From Octopus vulgaris (lineage: Eukaryota): a DNA stretch of 64,000 nucleotides. A program made the translations under genes and the position numbers. Position 1 is the first letter of the stretch, and each line of letters starts with the position of its first letter. Of the stretch, positions 56,296-64,000 are shown piece after piece. Location: the NCBI GenBank assembly GCA_951406725.2, contig OX597823.1:111104001-111168000 (forward strand), written 5' to 3'. The notes under the pieces were generated by a model that did not search any database, was not told the DNA's origin, and saw only the letters and a program-made list of their open reading frames with translations.

Positions 56296-56640
56296 AGTCT
56301 GTTTTCCATGCTGGCAACATTTGGATGGTTTGACATGATCTGGTGAGGCACAAGGCTGCACCTAGCTTCAGTGTTAGACTTAGCATGGTTTCTATGGCTG
56401 GATGCTCTTTCTAATGCTAACCACCAAACAGTTTACAATGTGTGCTGGAGGTTTTTATTTCGTGCCACCAGTGCTAGTGAGGTTCCCAAGGAACAAGACA
56501 ATAGGAAGGGTGTCCAGTCATAGAAACCATGCCAAAGTAGACAGCAGAGCTTGGTACAGTCTTCCAACTTGTTTTTGTCGTGTAAAGCCATCAAACCCAT
56601 GCCACCATGGAATATGAATGTTAAATTATGATGGTGATGA
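56296..56640. repeat. Two degenerate family C pieces in opposite orientations
   Basis: Minus piece 56296-56480; plus piece ggaagggtgtccag..tagaaacc..ttaaattatgatggtgatg at 56500-56640. Confidence 0.55.
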
Positions 56641-56692
56641 CATATAAATATATATGTATTTATGCATATATATCTGTGTGCATGTGTATTTA

Positions 56693-56725
<33 letters not shown>

Positions 56726-57609
56726 ATATATATATATAGTATAAATAAGATATATATATATATAAGTATAAATAAGATATATATAGTAAATATAAGATAT
56801 ATATATATATATCCTTAAGGATATATGTGTAGAATGTATGTATATATATATATCCTTAAGGAAACATATGTAGAATGTAATAAAAGGAATTCTGTACAAT
56901 CTTCGTTCAACTCCATTTCTTCCATTCACTAATTATATATATATATATAGCGGTGCCCCAGCATGGCCACAGCTTGTGAGCTGAAACTAGATAAAAATAA
57001 AAATAAAAATAAAGTACTGATATTATGATAAAAGCAATTATACATAACAATTAAAAGCTACATCAATGTCTTCCAAACATTCAGTGCTTGATCGACTGAA
57101 ACTAAATGAAGGGCAACTAAAATTTTGTTTTTCTATAATAAATAAATATGGTGAAAAGATGAATATTACAACTTCCTGAAATCTGGAGAATCCCAGAACT
57201 TTAGACCAATTGATTCAGCTTTGCTTGGTACCTTCAGCCAAACACTTTGTTTAACAACAGAAGCACAGATGCAAATGGATGTACAGGATACTTTATATAT
57301 ATATATGAATGTGTGTGTATAAATATCTAAATACAAGCATGGCAGTGCCCCAGCATGGCCACAGCTCGTGAGCTGAAACTAGAATCAATCAATCAATCAA
57401 TACTTACATACATATATACATACAAACTCACACATACAGACAGACATGAAAGTAAGCATTATTTCTATGAAGCCTTGTGAAACAGAATCAAAATAGAAGA
57501 AGTGAGAAGTAAAGAATTGAAAACTACAGCAAAGCAAAAGCAATGATGTAAATTTTTAGCTTAAGATTTAAAAGTCTTTTAACATCAGAAAAATGGAGAC
57601 TATGCTTAG

Positions 57610-57960
57610 ATCTACTAAATTTCTTCAGGTGTATGGTGACGGGGATGTGATATGGACAGATTAGTTGTATTATTGTACTGGACAATTAACATCATACAGC
57701 TTTTGTCTGTTGTTGATGGAAGGTTTCATTTTATTAATAAGGATGGCCTCTTTAAATCTCAAATTACCAATATTCCATTCAGTGAATTTGATAGGGGCTG
57801 TAATGTCCTGGTTGTGACATTTCATCAGCTAATTTTTAATGGTAGAAATATTTCAATGAAAGCACTCTTTAATGTGAATGGACAGTTTATAAACAGCAAT
57901 TTCAATCCATTGCATTTATTAAATGTTGTGTTACGTAATATACTCATACAAACACATAAT
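57610..57960 (-). pseudogene. Penelope-like GIY-YIG C-terminus remnant
   Basis: Minus YKLSIHIKE..STIKN*LMKCH..GNLRFKEAILINKMKPSINNR, then a cctgaaga-type terminus. Confidence 0.7.
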
Positions 57961-58141
57961 GATATCATAAATGGAGGAGTTGATAAGTGTATACACATTG
58001 AGTTTAAAACTTGCTATTTCTGCCCTTGCTTCCTCATATTCATGATCACCTCAAGCATCTGACGAGGAAACAGTCAGCAGATACAGATCTAATGAAACCG
58101 AGGACCATATAAACTTTTAAATGAGACATCTTCTCAAAAAG

Positions 58142-60407
58142 ATCTCTCTCTCTCTTCTCTGTCACACTCTCCCTCTCTTCTCTGTCTCACTCATTCTCTC
58201 ATCTCTGTCTCACTCACTCTCTCTCTTCTGTCTCACTCTTTCTCTCTTCTCTGTCTCACTCATTCTCCCTTCTCTGTCTCACTCTCTCTCGCTTCTCTGC
58301 CTCACTCTCTCTCTTCTCTGTCTCACTCTCTCTCACTTCTCTATCTCACTCTCTCTCTTCTCTGTCTCACAGTCTCCCTTCTCTGTCTCACTCTCTCTCT
58401 TCTCTGTCTCACTCTCTCTCTCTTCTGTCTCACTCTCTCTCTCTTCTCTGTCTCACTCATTCTCTCTTCTCTGTCTCACTCTCTCTCGCTTCTCTGTCTC
58501 ACTCTCTCTCTTCTCTGTCTCACTCTCTCTCTCTTCTCTGTCTCACTCTCTCTCTTCTCTGTCTCACTCTCTCTCTCTTCTCTGTCTCACTCTCTCTCTT
58601 CTCTGTCTCACTCTTTCTCTCTTCTCTGTCTCACTCACTCTCTCTCTTCTGTCTCACTCTTTCTCTCTTCTCTGTCTCACTCATTCTCTCTTCTCTGTCT
58701 CACTCTCTCTCTTCTCTGTCTCACTCTCTCTCTTCTCTGTCTCACTCTCTCACTTCTCTGTCTCACTCTCTCTCTTCTCTGTCTCACTCTCTCTCTCTCT
58801 CATCTGTCTCACTCTCTCTCTTCTGTCTCACTTTCTCTTTCTTCTCTATCTCACTCATTCTCTCTTCTTTGTCTCACTCTCTCTTCTCTGTCTCACTCTC
58901 TCACTTCTCTGTCTCACTCTCTCACTTCTCTGTCTCACTCTCTCTCTCATTTGTCTCACTCTCTCTCTCTTCTCTGTCTCACTCTCTCTTCTCTGTCTCA
59001 CTCTCTCTCTCTTCTCTATCTCACTCTCTCTCTCTCTCTTCTTTGTCTCACTCTCTCTTCTCTGTCTCACTCTCTCTCTTTTCTCTCTCACTCTCTCTCT
59101 CTCTTCTCTGTCTCACTCTCTCTCTCTCTCTTCTCTGTCTCACTCTCTCTCTTTTCTGTCTCACTCTCTCTCTCTTCTCTGTCTCACTCTCTCTTCTCTG
59201 TCTCACTCTCTCTCTCTCTCTGTCTTACTCTCTCTCTCTTATCTGTCTCACTCTCTCTCTTTTCTGTCTCATTCTCTCTCTCTTCTCTGTCTCAATCTCT
59301 CTTCTCTGTCTCACTCTCTCTCTTCTCTGTCTTACTCTCTCTCTCTTCTTTGTCTCACTATCTCTCTTTTCTGTCTCATTCTCTCTTTCTTCTCTGTCTC
59401 ACTCTCTCTTCTCTGTCTTACTCTCTCTCTCTTATCTGTCTCACTCTCTCTCTTTTCTGTCTCACACTCTCTCTCTTCTCTGTCTCAATCTCTCTTCTCT
59501 GCCTCAATCTCTCTTCTCTGTCTCACTCTCTCTCTTCTCTGTCTCACTCTCTCTTCTCTGTCTCACTCTCTCTCTTCTCTCTCACTCTCTCTCTCTCTCT
59601 TCTCTGTCTCACTCTCTCTCTTCTGTCTCATTCTCTCTCTCTTCTCTGTCTCACTCTCTCTCTTTTCTGTCTCATTCTCTCTCTCTTCTCTGTCTCACTC
59701 TCTCTCTTCTCTGTCTTACTCTCTCTCTCTTCTCTGTCTCACTCTCTCTCTTCTCTGTCTCACTCTCTCCCTCTCTTCTCTGTCTCACACTCTCTCTCTC
59801 TTCTCTATCTCACTCTCTCCCTCTCTTCTCTGTCTCACTCTCTCTCTCTTCTCTGTCTCACTCTCTCCCTCTCTTCTCTGTCTCACTCTCTCTCTCTTCT
59901 CTGTCTCACTCTCTCTCTCTCTTCTCTGTCTCACTCTCTCTCTCTCTCTTCTCTGTCTCCCTCTCTCCCTCTCTTCTCTGTCTCACTCTCTCTCTCTTCT
60001 TTGTCTCACTCTCTCCCTCTCTTCTCTGTCTCACTCTCTCACTCTCTTCTCTGTCTCACTCTCTGTCTCTCTCTCTTCTCTGTCTCACACTCTCTCTTTT
60101 CTGTCTCACTCACTCTCTCTCTTCTCTGTCTTACTCTCTCTCTCTTCTCTTTCTCACTCTCTCTCTCTCTTCTCTGTCTCACTCTCTCTCTTCTGTCTCA
60201 CTCTCTCTCTCTCTTCTCTGTCTCACTCTCTCTCTTCTGTCTCATTCTCTCTCTTCTCTGTCTCACTCTCTCACTTCTCTGTCTCACTCTCTCTCTCATT
60301 TGTCTCACTCACTCTCTCTCTTCTGTCTCACTCTCTCTCTTCTGTCTCACTCTCTCTCTCTTCTCTGTCTCACTCTCTTTCTCTCTTCTCTGTCTCATTC
60401 TCTCTCT
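58142..60407. repeat. 2.27 kb CT-rich tandem satellite, unit about (ct)n-tctctgtctca, roughly 19-27 bp
   Basis: Read directly; explains the S/L/F/C/H-rich ORFs in all three plus frames. Confidence 0.97.
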
Positions 60408-60723
60408 GTATGTTTTTGACTCAGTATCACAGATGAGGTATCCATTAATACCATCTTCTATAAAAACATCTATTCATAAAGACCTTAGGCCTTGTGCATT
60501 ATGGGTCGTCCCAATTAACTAGGGCCAAAGTTGCTCATATACAGGAAAAAATTTCCTGTGTGCACAACAAATACAGTGAAGTAAGGTATAGAATCATTAG
60601 CTACAAGCATCTCAGAAATACATCTTAGCTAGACTCTGGTCTGAATATAAGCACCAAAGAAGACTGGTGCATCTGTGATAATACTTGTTTTTTAAAAACA
60701 ATTCCACTTTGATGATAGAAACG

Positions 60724-60952
60724 CTGGCAGAAACGTTAGCACGTCTGGCGAAATGCTTAGTGGTATTTCGTCTGCCGTTACGTTCTGAGTTCAAATTCCG
60801 CCAAGGTCGACTTTGCCTTTCATCATTTCGGGGTCGATAAATTAAGCCCCAGTTACACACTGAGGTCGATGTAATCGACTTAATCCCTTTATCTGTCCTT
60901 GTTTGTCCCCTCTGTGTGTAGCCCCTCTGTGTGGGCAGCAAAGAAATAAGAA
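60724..60952 (+). mobile_element. SINE family A (tail type 1)
   Basis: Collinear with 49612-49845. Confidence 0.9.
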
Positions 60953-61109
60953 ACTCTGAAGCTAGGAGGTGGGAATCAATACAGAGCCAGAGAACTCAGA
61001 GCCTTCTATAAGACAATTCCTGTCTGGGAATTCGCCATCACACAGCAGCAATATATGGACATAGGCCAATGGCCTCATCAACAAAGTAGACACATGTTTA
61101 TAGATCTAC

Positions 61110-61500
61110 ATTGTGTAATGCATAGCACGTAATAAATGTAGTGCATCTCACGTTGGAAGATCAGTTAGTAAACTGCACATTCATGCAGAAATACATTCAG
61201 ATAAATACTTCCTCCATCTGGGAAAATGACATAAACAGGACATTGCAATTACCTTCAAAGCCACACAATAAAAATTATTAGAAATTGAAGAATTAAGCAG
61301 GCTAAATGTATTTATAAATGAAACACTTCCATCAACAACAGACAATAGTTGTGTCATGCTAATTGGCTAATATAACGCTACCAACCTGTGCATGTCACAA
61401 CTCACAAAACCCATCTTCATATATCTGTGTACAATTATTACATCTAAGCTTGTACTTCACTTTCTTCTTGATAAAGGTTTTGTAAATCTGAAATACTGAA
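61110..61500 (+). pseudogene. Penelope-like GIY-YIG remnant related to 57610-57960
   Basis: HVGRSVSKLHIHAE; shares cttccatcaacaacagacaa with the minus copy; ends cttgataaaggttttgtaaatctgaaa. Confidence 0.6.
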
Positions 61501-61531
61501 ATATTATTGCTTTTGTTTGCACTCCTTGGCA

Positions 61532-61578
61532 CACTCAATGGCATACTCAATGGCATACTCAATGGTATACTCAATGGC
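61532..61578. repeat. 12-bp tandem repeat (actcaatggcat) x4
   Basis: Read directly. Confidence 0.9.
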
Positions 61579-61732
61579 TTTTGAAAACAATTTTGACTTT
61601 TGATTTTGCATTATTTCACAAGGCTTTACATGAACTACACAACTCTTATACATGCGTGCATACATTCATATGTATGTATGCATGTATGTATGTGTGTAAG
61701 TGTGTATTGTCTATGTGTTTACATATCTATTT

Positions 61733-62317
61733 CAGAAACGTTAGCGCGCCAGGTGAAATGCTTAGCGGTATTTCGTCTGTCGTTATGTTCTGAGTTCAAA
61801 TTCCGCCGAGGTCAACTTTGTCTTTCATCCCTTCGGGGTCGATGAATTAAGTACCAGTTTCGCACTAGGGTCGATGTAATCGACTTAATCCCTTTATCTG
61901 TCCTTGTTTGTCCCCTCTGTGGTTAGCCCCTTTGTGGGTAGTAAAGAAATAGGCATTTCGTCTGTCATTACGTTCTGAGTTCAAATTCCGCCGAGGTCAA
62001 CTTTGTCTTTCATCCCTTCAGGGTCGATAAATTAAGTACCAGTTTCGCACTAGGGTCGATGTAATCGACTTAATCCCTTTATCTGTCCTTGTTTGTCCCC
62101 TCTGTGGTTAGCCCCTTGAGGGTAGTAAAGAAATAGGTATTTCGTCTGTCGTTATGTTCTGAGTTCAAATTCCGCCGAGGTCAACTTTGTCTTTCATCCC
62201 TTCGGGGTCGATAAATAAAGTACCAGTTTCGCACTGGGGTCGATGTAATCGACTTAATCCCTTTGTCTGTCCTTGCTTGTCCCCTCTATGTTTAGCCCAT
62301 TCTGGGTAGTAAAGAAA
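61733..62317 (+). mobile_element. Head-to-tail trimer of SINE family A
   Basis: One head then three bodies of about 184 bp; junctions aaatag|gcatttcg (about 61952) and aaatag|gtatttcg (about 62136). Confidence 0.92.
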
Positions 62318-63194
62318 TATATATATTTATGTATTTCAGCCACATTTATGCTACTGTTATTCTTCTTTCTGGATTCATTTCCTTTTAGTATCTTTTGCTC
62401 ATTCTCAATATCTTCCCCCCACCACTTTATTTTCTCTTTGTGAGTCAATGATTTGTTGTGTGGACGCCCCCAGATGATGAAGTAGACTAGCCCAATATGT
62501 AGATATAGAGGGAGAAGTCTAGACGTTGAGGAGAGTAGCAGTCGGAGTAGAAGAGTAGAGTTGAGTAGTAGAGGCATCCGAACGTGCGACGTAGCATGTC
62601 TATTTTCCCCTTTCCAATGAACTCCATTATATGACTACCACAACTCATTTTTAATACCTCAAATCTACCCTCAACAACCATCTCCACCTTCATCTGCCAC
62701 TCACTATTTCCAACCTTATGTATCCCTGACCTCCATCTCTGTTTCTACATGTCTTCCTCTTCGCCCACACTCTCTCATCCCATGCATCATTTTCCTATTT
62801 CTTATTTATCTTCACTTTTATTATGCTATTGCTTTCCACCTATCTGTACTGTCAGTTACCATTTCCTTCTTTCTGAAATACTCTTAATTCTTTTAATTTC
62901 TCCCCAACAACTAATATTTACCAATAGCCACATCTACTGCCTTGTCCTCTTATCATTACACTAAGCTCTACCCCCCATCTCTAATCATCTGTCACTCTCC
63001 TCTCACATTATTACGAAATCACCATTCACCCCTACCCCACTCCCTGATGCTCTCTCCGTATTTTCTCCTATACTCACCTTCAAGTACCTCAAGAATATGC
63101 CCTGACATGCAATCACCATCATTTTTATCACCCTTTGCAGCCACTCCCAACCATCCTTATGTAATGATTTCAAGATTTTGCCACAAGGGCAGCT

Positions 63195-63378
63195 TGGGGG
63201 AGGGGATTAAGTCATTACATCGACCCCAGTGCGTAACTGGTACTTATTTAATCGACCTTGAAAGGATTAAAGGCAAAGTCGACCTTGGCAGAATTTGAAC
63301 TCAGATCATAGCAGCAGACGAAATACCGCTAAGCATTTCACCCAATGTGTTAAGGATTCTGCCAGCTCTCTGCCTTGG
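63195..63378 (-). mobile_element. SINE family A
   Basis: atcgaccccagtgcgtaactggtacttattt..aaggcaaagtcgacc..gacgaaataccgctaagcattt. Confidence 0.85.
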
Positions 63379-63597
63379 CCATCCTTATATAATGCATGGA
63401 AGTCATGTGTCTCTTTTACAGTAAGATACATACTCTTGTCCCCCGCCTATTATAGTTTAGCATTCCAATATCTATCATAAACACACCTCTCTTTCTACTA
63501 TTACTACTGCTACTACTACCACTACTACACTCCCATCCAATCTCAAATTTCTTCTGTCTTGCAAAGTACATAATGGTTTCACAAGTGCTGATTCTAT

Positions 63598-63770
63598 GAA
63601 AAAGCACCCAGTACACTCTGCGAAATGGTTGGCATTTGGAAGGGCATCCAGCTATAGAAATAATGCCGAAACAGGCAATGCAGTTGCTTAGCTTGTCAGT
63701 TCTAGCTGAACCATCCAGTTCATGTCAGAATGGAAGATGGATATTAAGTGATGATGATGATTATGATGGT
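63598..63770 (+). repeat. Repeat family C, degenerate
   Basis: aaaagcacccagtacactc..ggttggcatttggaagggcatccagctatagaaa..gatgatgatg. Confidence 0.65.
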
Positions 63771-64000
63771 GGTGTGAACTACAACAGTGATGATGATACT
63801 CATATAAAATATATATGTACACTTACACTCAGACACACACATAAATATATACATGTACACTCATACATACACACACACACACACTGTCCCACTTATATAA
63901 AAATGTTATGGCCATTTTCCTCCATGGTTGTATGGGTCAGATGCTTCAGAGACTGTACTTTGCCAGTGGATGTACTTCATGTTACAAACCCAATTTATTT

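Noticed and set aside
57652-58062. 136-aa plus ORF
   Set aside because: Antisense shadow of the minus-strand GIY-YIG remnant
58121-60522. 771-, 516- and 523-aa ORFs
   Set aside because: Translations of the CT satellite, open in all three frames only because the unit lacks stop codons
61532-62317. CRISPR-like appearance of the tandem units
   Set aside because: No unique spacers, eukaryotic context and no cas genes; these are a 12-bp minisatellite and a SINE trimer

Overview
AT-rich eukaryotic DNA made almost entirely of microsatellites and transposable elements. The repeat families look like those of Octopus; this is recognised from memory and not verified by search. I found no intact host protein-coding gene, rRNA, true tRNA or CRISPR array, and nearly all listed ORFs are microsatellite artefacts or decayed TE frames. 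Contents: several tRNA-derived SINE families; decayed LINEs (Tx1/L1-like, RTE-like, HERO-like); many Penelope-like (RT + GIY-YIG) remnants; non-autonomous Helitrons; Merlin-, piggyBac- and hAT-like MITEs; a mariner fragment; and a 2.3 kb CT-rich satellite. The most notable signal is an interlinked set of parasitic elements. (1) A 1.66 kb ORF1-only retroposon (gag-like, CCHC knuckle) with a 10-bp TSD sits inside a SINE head and shares its 3' tail with that SINE family. (2) A Helitron family has captured a homologous ORF1 fragment, and one copy is nested antisense inside another. (3) The same SINE forms a head-to-tail trimer whose junctions match the target of an independent insertion, suggesting self-targeting. 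There is also a recurring set of near-perfect foldback hairpins next to (TA)n tracts.
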